Source: Lama glama
Taxonomy: Eukaryota
Direction of reading: 5' to 3'
Length of the DNA: 64,000 nt
NCBI GenBank assembly: GCA_028534125.1
Contig: CM052818.1
Coordinates: forward strand, 11,782,001-11,846,000
Shown piece by piece: positions 38,646 through 51,380 of this stretch. The notes below the pieces were generated by a model. That model ran no database searches and had not been told where the DNA came from. It worked only from the letters and a program-made list of their open reading frames with translations. A program made the translations under genes and the position numbers. How positions within the stretch are numbered: position 1 is the stretch's first letter; each line of letters begins with the position of its first letter.

Positions 38646-39954
38646 CGTCCTTGATCCTTCTTTGATTTGGGCTACAGCTACAGCAGGGATACCAGCATCG
38701 TGACAGAGTTATTACGGGGGAGACAGGAAACAACCAGGCACGTAATCCCTGTTGGTCAGAGGTCTTCGTGCTCCGCATGGCAGGGTCTCTCGGTGAAAGG
38801 CATTTTGCTAGGGCAAATTGAACCCCAAATTTTAAATTTTCAAGTGAAAGCATTTTTTAATATTGCATGTAAACTAATTTGGCAGATAATGAATTCCTTC
38901 GAAAAATTAGCTGTATTAAATTTAATATATTTAATATATAAATATTAGGAAATGTGAAACATGAGACAAGAAGTTTGCCATTATATTTTGTATCTCTTAT
39001 TATTTTTCTTTTCCTAATGACATGATCATAATGAGTGGATTTGTCCAAATGGAAAATATGTCTGTATAATAATAAAATTATATTTCTCTTTCCTCCTTCA
39101 AAAGCTGGCTTCTTTGTTTGGAAAACTAGTATTTACTGACTTGCATTTTGTGTTTTTGCTCAAGTGTCAATTTCCCTGTAAAGTCTAACTCTATTAAAAT
39201 ATATTTGCCTGTGGCCATGCCATCTTTAAATTTTCCTTAATTTGCCTGCACTTCATATCTCAATGCAAAGCCTAAAATGTCTGACACAAAGTCTATACAT
39301 AACAATACTTTTGATTGACAGGAAGGTTTATTATGCATTGATATGACATCATATTTATGTATAACAATGACTTTTTGACTGACAACTAAGCAATGATAGA
39401 ATTCTGGACACCTTCTAAATGCTATTTTTTATAAGACAAACTAAAATATCCAGATAATTGGCTGAATTTTTCAGTTTTCATGCCAATTGCTTAGCATTGT
39501 TTGGGAAGACACAATATACTAGTGTCTCATTCTTTGCCTTTTCCAGGGGTAAAAGATATTTTGTCCCAGGAGAACATTAGATGGTTCCGCTCTTGCTTTT
39601 TTACTTTTAATGATTTTGTGTGTTAAAAGTTGGCAACTCTGATATTAAATGAATTGATTTTTTTTTTAAATGAGCATGTTTGCAACTGATCTGTGGAATA
39701 TTTTCAAGCACCTGATGGTGAGAGGAAAAAAATCTTAATGAGATTCTGCATTCTGGTCTCATGAGAAGGCTTGTTCAGGAGGCATGGTCCACATCAGTAC
39801 ACACCAATGCCAGTCAATTAACATGTCTTCCTAGAACTTCGAACATATAGTCAGCATTCAACACAAGAAGGACTTGGGAGTGCCACCAGGCAATACGCAA
39901 TGAAGTGTTAAATAACGTAGTAATCTGTAAGAACCCAGAGAAGGCAAAGCAAGA

Positions 39955-40110
39955 GTAGGCTGGGAAATAGAGTGGTCTGCACTGTAAGAGACTCCGTGCC
40001 ATCCGAACTTTTGTGCTAACCAGCTGGATGACCTCAGGCAAGTTGTTTAACAGCTTCACGTCTCAGTTTCCTCATCTTTAATATGAGCTAGCATGATCTC
40101 CCAGCTCTAT
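39955..40110 (+). mobile_element. MIR
   Basis: ctaaccagctggatgacctcaggcaagttgtttaac..tctcagtttcctcatctttaaatg, the MIR core. Confidence 0.8.
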
Positions 40111-43100
40111 TGTTCTCCAGCTCTATGTAAGACTAGCTTCACAAGCAAAGCAAGTCTGCTCTGAGCCTGGAGAGCTACAGCCAACACCTGTAGCTTTAAC
40201 ACCATGGTGGGCATGAATGGGGAAGGGAGGATGCCCATGTCAGGAAGAGACCCTTCACAAATATGAGACTCTGCCATAAAAGTGGCCCTTTTCTTTCCCA
40301 AATCAGCATGTGCTGTAGCACAACAAAAAAGGAGAATAGTAGCTTTACAAGAGTAGAATGCTTATTGATTCTTCCAAATAAATATACAATTTTAAAAAAA
40401 TGATTTGGGTCCTGATTGTCATCATGGTGAAATGACCGGAGCTTCTGTGTGACTCTGCAGCACTGAATTGTAGCCACCGGATGGGGCCATATCCCTCAAT
40501 CACTCCTCTAGGAAAGAGTTGCAAATAATGGGTTTATACTGCAGGCATAAATTGTAGTTTTCTTAGTTCTGCCGGTTCTCTGAGTTATGTGCACCTTCCT
40601 GTGCTCTTTACAGAGAAGAATATAATGGCCAACTCTGTTAACAAATTTGGAAATAATGAAATGGGACATTAGTTTGGGCTCTGGCCTTGGGGACTCTTGG
40701 GAAGGATCAAAGATTCTGCACTAACTGGTGGAAAAAAACAGTCCTTTGCTCACTTCAGGATGTAAGCAATGGAAGATTTTTGACATTCTTACAAAAGTGA
40801 CAACTCTGTCTTTTTTGTTTTTTTCATGTTGCCTCTTCTTACACCTTTGATTCCTATAAACTTAGACCCAGATATTCTGCTTTTACCAGTGGTTATACAC
40901 TGAGCTAAAATCGGGCACAGCCAAGCATTTTGTGTCCAGCAGTTACTTATAATACATAACTTATTTTCCTTTAGCCAAATAAAAGGTACTTTAGAATAAT
41001 TCTGCATTATTCTATTTGGAAACGTTAGGCCCCATCTAGCTATGGTTATTGGCAGTCAAAATTCATCTCCAACAGTAATTAACAAAGAAAATAACGGTGG
41101 CCTCTTCTCTCAAGAGAAACTAAGCCCTTTATTATACTCCAAGAAAAGATGCTGTAAAACAGATTCTGTTTTACATATCAAGGAAAAATGGATTAATATT
41201 TTAGGTAAACATCATGATGTTCCAGGCCATTTCTATAGGCTAGGGAGTCAAATATAAATAATTACCATATATTTTATTGTTTTTTCCCGTAAGTTATAGT
41301 GGACATAGTTGGGTGATGCTGGTTTTTTTGTTGTTGTTTTTTGCATCTGCATCATGGAAAAAAAAACTTGATGATGCCGAAGTTAAAGATTTTATACATA
41401 AATGTTTATGTCCTTCAATATCATAGGCTGTGAAACTTTCCCAAATCTGGAAGTTCATCTTTAGGATAGACAAAACTAACTTGGCACTTCAGAAATAACT
41501 TATGCCATTGTCTATCTACTAATGTCAATTAAACAACTGCAAGCAAAATAATAACATTCTGCAAACCTAAATTTCTGTGACTAGCACCACGGGGAGCTCG
41601 TGGAAGTGCAGTGGCGGCGCACCTGCGTCACTGCTGGCCTCCAGCCCGAGGCAGCGGAGGTGGGGGGTGTGCGGCAGCCAGCAGGCACAGACTAGTTCAT
41701 GCACCCATGAGACACCTTCCAGAAATACTTCAGAGGAACCTTGCCAGGTGCTGGGTCGTGCGTGACCAGGTTTGTTGTTTTTGGTTTTGTTTGGGGTTTT
41801 TGGGGGGTTTGGGAAGGGGGTAGGGGTAGAAGTGTCAAATGTCCAAACAGCAAAATTTGAGTCTCCATTCTGATGAAACCTAATTTATTTCCACAAGCTT
41901 CCGAACTCTGGGATAGTAGGATAACACTAATGAAGCTTAGAATATCTTCCCAGGTTTGAGGGACTCCAATCTGTAAAGCCGGTCCCTTCAAAAGTGGAAG
42001 GTCAGAAAACTGCAAAAGAAATTAGGTTGAATGCCCACGTTATCAGGGAAGGCATGATAAGAGAGCCAGCGGTGTGGGCAGCCACTGAAATGCCCATACC
42101 CCCTACCTCAAATTCTCCACACATTTTGGAACCGTGAAGGATGTTACTTTCATTGAAACCGTGGGGTCTTTTAAAAAGTATGTTGAGAAACATCATCTCC
42201 TACTAGTGTTGGATACATGAGAGAAGCAAATAGGAAGAAAGATGTGACTCAAATAGCTAGTGACTGGAAGTAATCTTAAGTTTACGTACAAGGAACCCAC
42301 GCATTAGTTCCACCGATGAGATGATGTTGGGGGAAGAAGTGGGAATGAAGCTCACAGCGGTACGGGCCTGGGAAATGCCGGAAGTACTCCCTCTCTGCGT
42401 GTCCACGCAAACATCCTTTCCTGATGGCCATACGATACAGGGCATGCTCCACCCTGCCTTCCCATCAGGGAATGAAAACTCTTAAGGAGCAGTGTTACAC
42501 ACCACGTCGTGCCCTCTTCTCAGTCAGCACCATGTCTTTGTACTTCAGAGAGGCTTGATTCCTGTTTTTGTGAACAAAAGGAAGAAAAAATGGCCCTATC
42601 CTACTTGCTTTCAAATTGTTTTAGCTCTCAGTCCTAAGCTTTTCACTACAAAAGAATCTCAGTCACATTTTCATTCTTCATAATTTGCTCATTTTTTCTA
42701 TTAGATGCATATAAAGTAAGACTGTGTATTATTATTTTCATATTTTTTGTCCCCCCCACCCACCTTCCTTAGTTTACATTAACAACGGCCCTATTTTGGG
42801 ATATGCCTTCATTTTGCAGTCTTTCATTGCTCTGTTCCTATTCTTTCTCATCTTAATAACTCAGTTCTTTGGCATCTGTGTATTCCAGTGAAATAACCTG
42901 GTTATTTCATAAACAACAAGCACATACATAACCCTGGGCATGTATACGTACACTCATATGCATACACAAACACTTTGAAACTGATTCCTTTTTCAACGAG
43001 GCACATTAGAATCACATCAAATATAAACCCACATATATGTCTACAAAAATTTTAAAGTAAGCATAGTTATTCTGAGTTCAAAAAAATGGAGTAAATAGTT

Positions 43101-44324
43101 GAAATGATGGGAAAACTGATAGCTCCCAGAGGCTGAAATATTATGATCATTTTCATAATTGAAACAAATATGTAATTGTTAGACATCAGCAGGGAAGATT
43201 TACAATTGGCTCAACTAAACCAAGGAATCAGTAGCGATCAGTCGACGAAAATGTACCCTCTTATATCTGAGGTAAATTAATTTTGTTACTGAAATGTCAT
43301 TATGTTGTCATATTTCCACTCATCTGTTATTCAAACATTTCCATTTTTCATTTCCTAATGTTTCGTTGCTAAGATAATTGAACTTTGCAGTTTTTACCTC
43401 AAGCTTATATTACTTAAAAATCTCTGTGTGTGTATTATTACAATGAAAGGGCAGAGGTAGAGATGGGACTTATTTAGCTCTCATGGTTCGCGATTGCATT
43501 GAAGCTCACAATTGATTATAGCTTTCTAACCTCTCTTTTCCTTCTCATTACCCTCTTCATTTTATACCAGTATTCCCAGCCATTAGACTATCTTTATTTA
43601 GAAGGCACAAAAGGGGAAGACCAAAAAGGATTTGGAAAATAATATATTTTTGTTTTGATGTTTCAATTTAATGCAGGTTTGAAAATGCTGAACTGTCTCA
43701 GGTATACTAAATATTCATTAGGCAGTTTAGCTTTTACTAAGTTCTAAATGAAAATGACCCAGCAAAATCAAATTGAAATTTCATAGAGTACTTTTCAAGT
43801 ATGGTTCTAAAACATACATTAAACAAAATGCATTCATTTGAATGCAAGTCTCTCTTTTTCTCTAGAATACATACACACCCTAGGGTCTATTAGACTCTCA
43901 GTTCAATGCCTCCAAAATGTGTGTGGTGTGGATCAAATAAATAGTTCAACAGCTTTCACAAGCAAACAATCTTATGGTCTGGTGTATCTGCAAACCTCTT
44001 GTGCTTTTTCTTTATGCCTCCCCACTTACAAAGGTTAATGCAAATTTCATTTGAATTCAAGCAAAATACTCTGCGTTATTTTCTGTGTAGACAAATCTGT
44101 TCAGAAAGAGTCCATCAGAATTTGTCCATGTGAATCCAGCAGCTCTTTATGGACTTGTAGAAGCCTAGCAAAATGTGCTCACTTTTAGAAATCAGACTTG
44201 CCGCTGGCCAACCCTGGAATCATAGTACTCGGAGTAGGAAGGACTTTAGAAATCATGTAACCCAACCCTCCCCTTTAAAAAAATGTAGAATTTAGCATAC
44301 ATTCAAAACAGAGTATGTTGTTTA

Positions 44325-44600
44325 TTTAAAATGTCCTTTACCATTGGACAACCATGTTGTCTTGATATGTGCTTTATATGATAATAATAAAAGCACTCTA
44401 TCTTTCTTAAGTTTACAGATTTCATGGTGTATTTTTTTCCACCTTCTTACTTTCCATCTATTTGTGTCTTTATGCTTAAAATGTACCCATTTTATAGATG
44501 GATCCTGCTTTTTGATCCAGTCTGACAATCTCTGTCTTTTAACTGGAGTTAGTTTGTATAAAATTAATGTAATTATTTTATTTTTGTGTTGTCTATTTGT
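44325..44600 (-). mobile_element. Old L1 fragment, ORF2 endonuclease N-terminus
   Basis: ORF 44322..44528 (DWIKKQDPSI..HFKHKDTNRWKVRRWKKIHH) resembles the L1 EN motif WIKKQDPTICCLQETHF..RLKVKGWKKIYH. Confidence 0.85.
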
Positions 44601-44664
44601 GTCATTTTCTCAAATTTTTTGTTCCTCTTTTCACCTTCTGGTTTAATAAAAGGTTTTTTAAAAT

Positions 44665-47600
44665 AAACATTTTATTTTGGAACAATTTTATGTTTGGAAA
44701 AAATAAATGTAAGTCTTTCTCTTGCATAATTTATAATCAGAAAAAAAATGTGAAGATAATTCAGAGTTCCCATATACCTCACACCCAGTTTTCCCTATTA
44801 CTCGCATCTGTGTTTGTTATTAATTAACCAATATTGATGCATTATTATTAATTAAAGTCCATACTTTATTCAGATTTCCCTAGTATTTACCTAGCGTTCT
44901 TTTGCTATTCCAGAATCCCATCTAAGACACCACGTTGCTTTTAGCCATTATGACTCCTTAATCTTCTCTTGGTTGTGGCAGTTTCTCAGACTAATCTCCT
45001 CTGGCATCACCTTGACGTTTTAGAGAAGTACTAGTCAGGCATTCCGGAGAATGTTCCTTAATTGGAGTTTGTCTAATGCTTTACACATGGTTAGGCGAGG
45101 TTATATATTTTAGGAGAAAGATCACAGAGGTAAAGTATCATTTCATCACAAGTATCAGGGTTACACAGTGTCAACATGGCATCGCTGTTGCTGTTGACCT
45201 TAATCACCTGCTTGAGGCAGTGTTTGTCAGTTTTCCCCACTGTAAAGTTGCCCTCTTTCCATAACGTACTCTTTGGAAGAAAGTCACTCTTAAGGAGTCG
45301 GGAATTATGTTCTGCCTCCTGGAAGGCAGGGAACTTAGATAATTTGGATATTTTCTGCTCAGGAGATTCATTATTCTCTTTTATTTATTTGTTTGTTCAT
45401 TCATTCCTTCAATCATTTATTTATATCATTATGAATCATGGATATTTATTTTATACTTTATAATCCAGTGCTACTAGGGTATCATTGTTCTAGGCCCTCT
45501 CAGCTGACACAGCAAGGAAATGTGTGTGTATTAACCCAGGTATATATACCATGTGTCTATAATATTTCTGTATGTATGCATATATATGTATATACACACA
45601 CATACTAAGCTAAAGATGATTTCATACTGATGTCTCTAACTCTAATCCATTACCACATGGATCAGTCTAACCCCTTCCCCTTGCTGTGTGTAACCTACTC
45701 CAACAGTGAAAAACCGAGCTCCCACTCTTTGTCATCCAGTTACTTAATTGTTCAGTTCCAGTATACATGTGTGGAAGTATCAGAATTATCTACCCACACC
45801 CTCATGGGAAATGACTTGATCAACTAGAACATAGCACTTATGTACAGATTCTTTTGCCTCTTGTCTTACAGACCCCACATATTTCCAGAGTTACTTAGGG
45901 CAGCAACTTTTTCCCATAGTCCTTTCAGTAAAGATGTTTTATACACTTGTAATGAAGATATATTGTTTTGTCACATTCTGCACACTGGGACTCCACAACC
46001 CCTTAAGTGATTTTTTTTAATTTGCACACATTAAAATTTACTCTTTATGATGTGAAGTTCTGCAGGTTTCACAAATGCGTAGTGTCATGGATTTACCATT
46101 ACAGTACTATTCACTGCCCTGTGTTTCACCAATTCAACCCTTCTCCCTCCCCTAAACTCTGGGCAACCAGTTCCTTTAACTGTCTCTATAGTTTTTCCTC
46201 TTTCCAGGATGCATTTAATTGGAATCCTGTATACAGTATATAGTCTTTCCAAACTGTCTTCTTTCATATAGCAAAATGCATTTAAAATTAATTCACATAT
46301 TTTTGTGTCCTGATGATTCATTTCTTTTTCTCATGGAATAAAAACACATTGTATGGATGTACCACAGATGTTCATTTCATCTACTGAAGGACACCTGGTT
46401 TGCTTCTAGTATTTGATGATTATAAATAAATCTGTCATAATCATTTGTGTGCAGGTTTTTGTGTGGACATGTTTTCAGATCAGTTTGATAAATAAATACA
46501 AATACAATTACTAAATTGTATGTTTAGCTTTGTCAGAAACTGCCAAGCAGCTTTCCAAAGTGTCTATACAACTTTGCATACCCACCAGCAAAGAAGGAAA
46601 GTTGCTGTCGCTCATCCTCAGTAGCAATTGATACTGTCAGGTTTGGGTTATTTTGTTTGTTGGTTGGTTGGTTGGGTTTTTTGTTTTCTGCTCTTTTAAG
46701 AGATGTGTAGTAATTTTTCCTTGTAGTTTAATTTGTGATTCTTGAATGACAGATAATAGTGGGCGTATTTCATTTGCTTATTTGCTATCTCTATATCTTC
46801 TTTGGTGCATATCCGCTCACATCTTTTGCCCATTTGTCAATTGGGCTGTTTGTTTTCTTTTTGTTGAGTTTAAGGGTTTTCTGTGTATTTTGGTTAGAAG
46901 TCCTTTGTCATTTAGATGTTTACAAATTTTTTCTCTCAGATTGTGGCTTGTCTTTTCGTTCTTTAACAGTGTTTTTTGTAGTACAAAGGTTTTTTAATTT
47001 CAATAAATTCCAGTTTATCAGTGTTTTCTTTCATGATTCATGTTATTGATGCTTTAGCTGAAAACTTACCACCACACCCAAACTCACTTAGACTTTCTCT
47101 TATGTTTTCAAAAAGTTTCACAATTTTTCATTTTACACTTAGGCCTATTAGCCATTTCAGATTTATTCTTGTGAAAGGTGTAAAATCTCTGCTGGATTGA
47201 CTTTTGTTACATATGGCCATCCAATTGTTCGAGTGCCATTTGTTAAAAAGACTGTCCTCTCTCCCTTGGATTTATGTGATAGGCCAAATAACGCCCTGCC
47301 GAAGATGTTCACATCCTAGTCCTCAGGATTTGTGAATACACAAATTTGTGAATTTGTTTTCAAATCAGTTTGAAAAATAAACAGGAGTACAGTTACTAAC
47401 TTGTATGTTTAGTTTTGTAAGAAATTGCCAAGCAACCTTCCAAGTTGTCTGTACAATTGTGACTACGTTAGGTTACGTGACAAGGGACAGTTCAGCTTTT
47501 AGATGGAATTAAGATTGCCAGTCAGATGATCTTGAGATGGAAAGATTATCCTGGATTTCCCAATGTGGGTCCAACATAATCACAAAGGTCCTTAAAAGTA

Positions 47601-49735
47601 GAAGAGGAAGGCAGAAGAATCAGAGTCAGAGGAGGAGATGTGATGATGGAAGCAGTGTCAGGCTGATGCAGTATGAGAAAGAGTGATTGGCCATTCCTGG
47701 CTTTGAAGGTGGAGTTGATCCATGAACCAAGAATGCGGTGCCTCTAGAAGGTGAAACAGGCAAGGAAATGGAGTCTCCCCTAGAACTGCTTAGAAGGAAC
47801 TCAGCCCTGCAGACAACTTGATTTTAGCCCCGCTAGACCCATATCAAACCTCTACACTCCAGAAGTGCAATATAATAAATGTATGTTGTGGTAATTTGTT
47901 ACAACAGTACCAGTAAACAAGCACTATTGCCTTTGCTCTTGCATCAGAGATCAGTGACTGTCTTTCGGTGGGTCCGTTTCTTTGCTCTCTATTCTTTTCA
48001 GTTGATCTATGTGCTTTTTATTTCACCAATACTGTCTTAATTATGGTAACTTTATAGTTAAGTCCTGAAATTGAATAGTGTTCTTCTAATTCTTTTTTGT
48101 TGTTGTTGTTGTTGGCTCTTTTATAGTTTTTTGCCTTCCCAAATAAACTTTGGAATAAATTTGTTGGTATCTGTAAAATAGCTTGCTGGGACTTTAATTA
48201 GAAGTGTGCTAAGATGAAGCTGGAAAGACTTAACAATACTGAATCTTCCAATTCATGAACGTGGAATATATCTCCATTTATTTAGAGCTTCTTTAATTTC
48301 TTTCATCAGAATTTTGTCGCTTTCCAAATACAGACCCTGTACATATGTTGTTAGATTTATACCTAAGCATTTGCTTTTTTTTTTTTTTTTGGTGCCATTG
48401 TAAATGGTTTCTTAAAAAAAAAAATTCAAATTCCAATTGTTTTTTGCTAGTATGTAGAAAAGCATTGTCTTTTACACATTAACCTTGTGTCCTGTAGCTT
48501 TGCTATATTCACTTATTAGGTCTATGAAGTTTTTTATTTGTTTTTTTTTTTTTTTGGTCTTTGTGTTTTTGGCAAGTTTGGGGGATTATTTTACATAGAC
48601 AATCATGTAATCTATAAGTAAGGACATTTTATTTCTTCCTTTCTAATATGTATGACTTCTATGTCCTTTTCTTGTATAATTGAACTAGCTAAGTCTTCCA
48701 GTACAATGATGAATAGCAGCAGTGAGAGAGGATGCCCTTGACCTGTTCCCAGTCTTAGAGGTAAAGCATCTAGTTTATTACCATTAAGTATAATGTCAAC
48801 TGTATGACTTTTGTAGTTTTGTTTTTTTTTTTTTACCAAGTTGAGAATGTTCTCCTCTATTCCTAGTTTATTGAGAGATCTCACCATGCATGGATGTTGA
48901 ATTATGTTAAATGTTTCTTCTGCATTGACTGATATAATCATGTGATTTTTTGTGTGTGTTTAGCTTATTGATAATGGTAAAATATATTGATTGATTTTCA
49001 AGTTTTGAACCAGTCTTGCACACCTGGAACAATCACTTGGTCATGGTGTATGATTCTTTTTATACATTGTTGAAATTGATATGCTAATATTTTCTTGAGG
49101 ATGTTTGCACCTATGTTCAGGAGAGATATTGGTCTGTAGCTTTCCTTATAATATATTCATCTGGTTTTGGTATTAGGTTAATTCTAGCCTCATATAATGA
49201 GTTTAGAATTGTTCTTTCTGCTTCTATTTCTGGAAGGGATTGGGGTGAATTGGTGTAATTTCATCCTTTAATGTTTGGTAGAGTTCACCAAAGAAGACAT
49301 CTGAGCCTAGTGCTTTTTTCCAGAAGGGAAAGGTTATGAGTTATTGATTCATTTAAAAAAATAGATATAGGCTTATTCAGATGATTATTTCTCTTTATGT
49401 GAATTTTGGTGGTTTGTATCTTCAAGGAAGTAGTCCATTTCATCTAAATTTTCAAGTGTGTGTACATAGAGTTGTTTGTAATATTTCTTTATTATCATTT
49501 CAATGTCCATAGGATCAATATTGATGACCCCTCTTTCATCTGATATTGATAATTTGTCTTCTCTCTTTTGTTTTAGTTAGCCTGGTTTAAAGGTTTAATG
49601 ATTTTATTGATCTTTTCAAAGAACCAGCTTTTGATTTCATTTACTGTTTTACACTTTATAATTTCATCAATTTCTGTTCTAATTTTTACTATTTCTTTTC
49701 TTCTGCTTGTTTTAGGCTTTAATTACTCTATTCTT
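44665..49735 (-). mobile_element. ~5-kb decayed L1 (L1MC/L1MD-like): long 3'UTR plus ORF2 RT region, interrupted by MLT1D
   Basis: ORF 48612..48941 (MIISVNAEETFNIIQHP..LPLRLGTGQGHPLSLLLFIIVLE) is the L1 RT domain. 3'UTR motif gagttcccatatacctcacacccagttttccctatta. Confidence 0.9.
47275..47923 (+). mobile_element. MLT1D-like LTR nested in the L1
   Basis: tgtgataggccaaataacgcc..aagatgttcacatcctagtcc..gattatcctggat..aggaaatggagtctcccctagaa..gtggtaatttgttacaacag. L1 sequence resumes at ~47925 (ttgcctttgctc). Confidence 0.9.
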
Positions 49736-49739
49736 TCCT

Positions 49740-51380
49740 AAAGTAGTATATGGCTGACTTTTTTTAAAAAGCTAGCATTAACATTTTAAAATTTTATTTG
49801 GAGCATTCAGTATATTTACATTAATCTTAATTTTTTATATATTTAGAATTACTTATACCATCTTATTTTATCTTCTACCTAACTCTTCCTATCTTTTTCT
49901 CTCTTCCTTAACTTTCTTTAGATAGTTAGATTTTTTTTTCTCATTTCATTTTCCCCTTACTAGTTTGGATTTCTATATTCTATTTCCATTTTATAGTTCT
50001 TTCTTTGGGAAGTTAAATTTACATATATTTACATACATTTAATTTACATACCTAACATATTATAGTCTAAAGTTAATGAGTATTTCTGTCCTCTTTCTAA
50101 ACATTTCAAGAACTTACAGCACTTTATTCCAGTCACCTCTCTCACAATAAATGTTATTATTGTTGGGAATTTTAACTCAAACTTTTAAAAAAATGGTTTA
50201 TGTACTTGTTATATTGTTGTTACTTTTTTATAAAGTTAATGTTTAGATTTACTCACATATTTATTGTTTTCATTGCTTTTTATTTTTTATCTGTGATCAC
50301 TTTTTTTTTTGGCCTGAAAACATATTTTTTAGAATATTACTTAGTGAAGATATGTTGGTGGTGAATCAAAGCTGAGAAAGTTCTCATCTATTACTAGTTT
50401 ATTCATGCTAGGAATAAACCTGTTAGGTTTTTTTTTCCCCTGGAAAACATCTTTATTTTACCTTTTTCTTGAATGATGTTTTGCTGGCAATGAGAGTGTA
50501 GGTTGGCAACTGTTTTCTTTCACTCCATTAAAGACATTCCTCTGCCTTCTGTCTTCCATTTTTACTGTTGAGGAGTCAGATGTCAGTCTAATTCAGGGGT
50601 CAGCAAACTATGGCCTCCCTGCCAAATCTGAATCACCACCTGTTTTTGTAAATAAAGTTTTATTGGAACACAGCCATGCTTACTCACTTATGAATTTCCT
50701 ATGGCTGCTTTGACCACAATGGCAGGATTGAGTCTTTGCAGCTGAGACCATACAGCCTTCAAAACCTAAGGTCCTTACTATCTGTCCTCCCTTTACAGAA
50801 TAACTTTGCTATTATGGCTCTATTTAATGTAATCAGTCTTTTGAGATGATGTTTCTGCAATTTATAGTACTCTGCCGTTTCAATATGATTTGTCTCAGTA
50901 TGGACTCTTTATATTTGTAATTTGTTGTGCTTTTTGAAGGTAAGGATTATTGCTGGTTCTGTGTTCTGGAAAAGTTTCAAATCTTGCCTCTGCTGCCTCT
51001 CCCTCTTTTCTCCTTTTTAAAAGGCAAACTGTCTCACTCTATGCTTCCCGTCTCTAATAATCAGTTTTGTATATTTTTCACCTTTCTCTTTCTCCCTTAT
51101 ACATGCCAAGCAATTCCCCAGATTCACCTTCCAGTTCGCTTACTATTCCTCTAATTTAGTTGCTGTGCAGTTAACATAATCCACTGAATTTTTAATTTAT
51201 TTGTAATAATTTTAATTTCTAGAAGTTCTGTTTGTTCTTTTCCAAAGATACTTGTTCCTTTTTATATATTCTCTTTTTCCCTGCTCATATTTTCAAGCTA
51301 CTCTCTTATTTCTTAAATATAGTAAGCATGATTTTTAAATCTGTAATTGATAATTCATGTATCTTTATAATCTTTTTCTG
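49740..51380 (-). mobile_element. Very old L1 (L1ME/HAL1-like) ORF1-to-ORF2-start region
   Basis: T-rich decayed motifs ctggaaaacatctttattttacc..ggttggcaactgttttctttca..ctgttgaggagtcagatgtcagtctaatt..ttctagaagttctgtttg. Confidence 0.65.
50594..50817. mobile_element. MER58A-like hAT-Charlie element with 8-bp TSD
   Basis: caggggtcagcaaactatggcc..aataaagttttattggaacacagcc..ccctttacagaa. Flanks gtctaatt / ctctattt match 6/8. Confidence 0.9.

Noticed and set aside
41600..41660. Possible CTCF site
   Set aside because: Only partial, mis-spaced matches to the CCACCAGGGGGCGC core; cannot be supported by eye.
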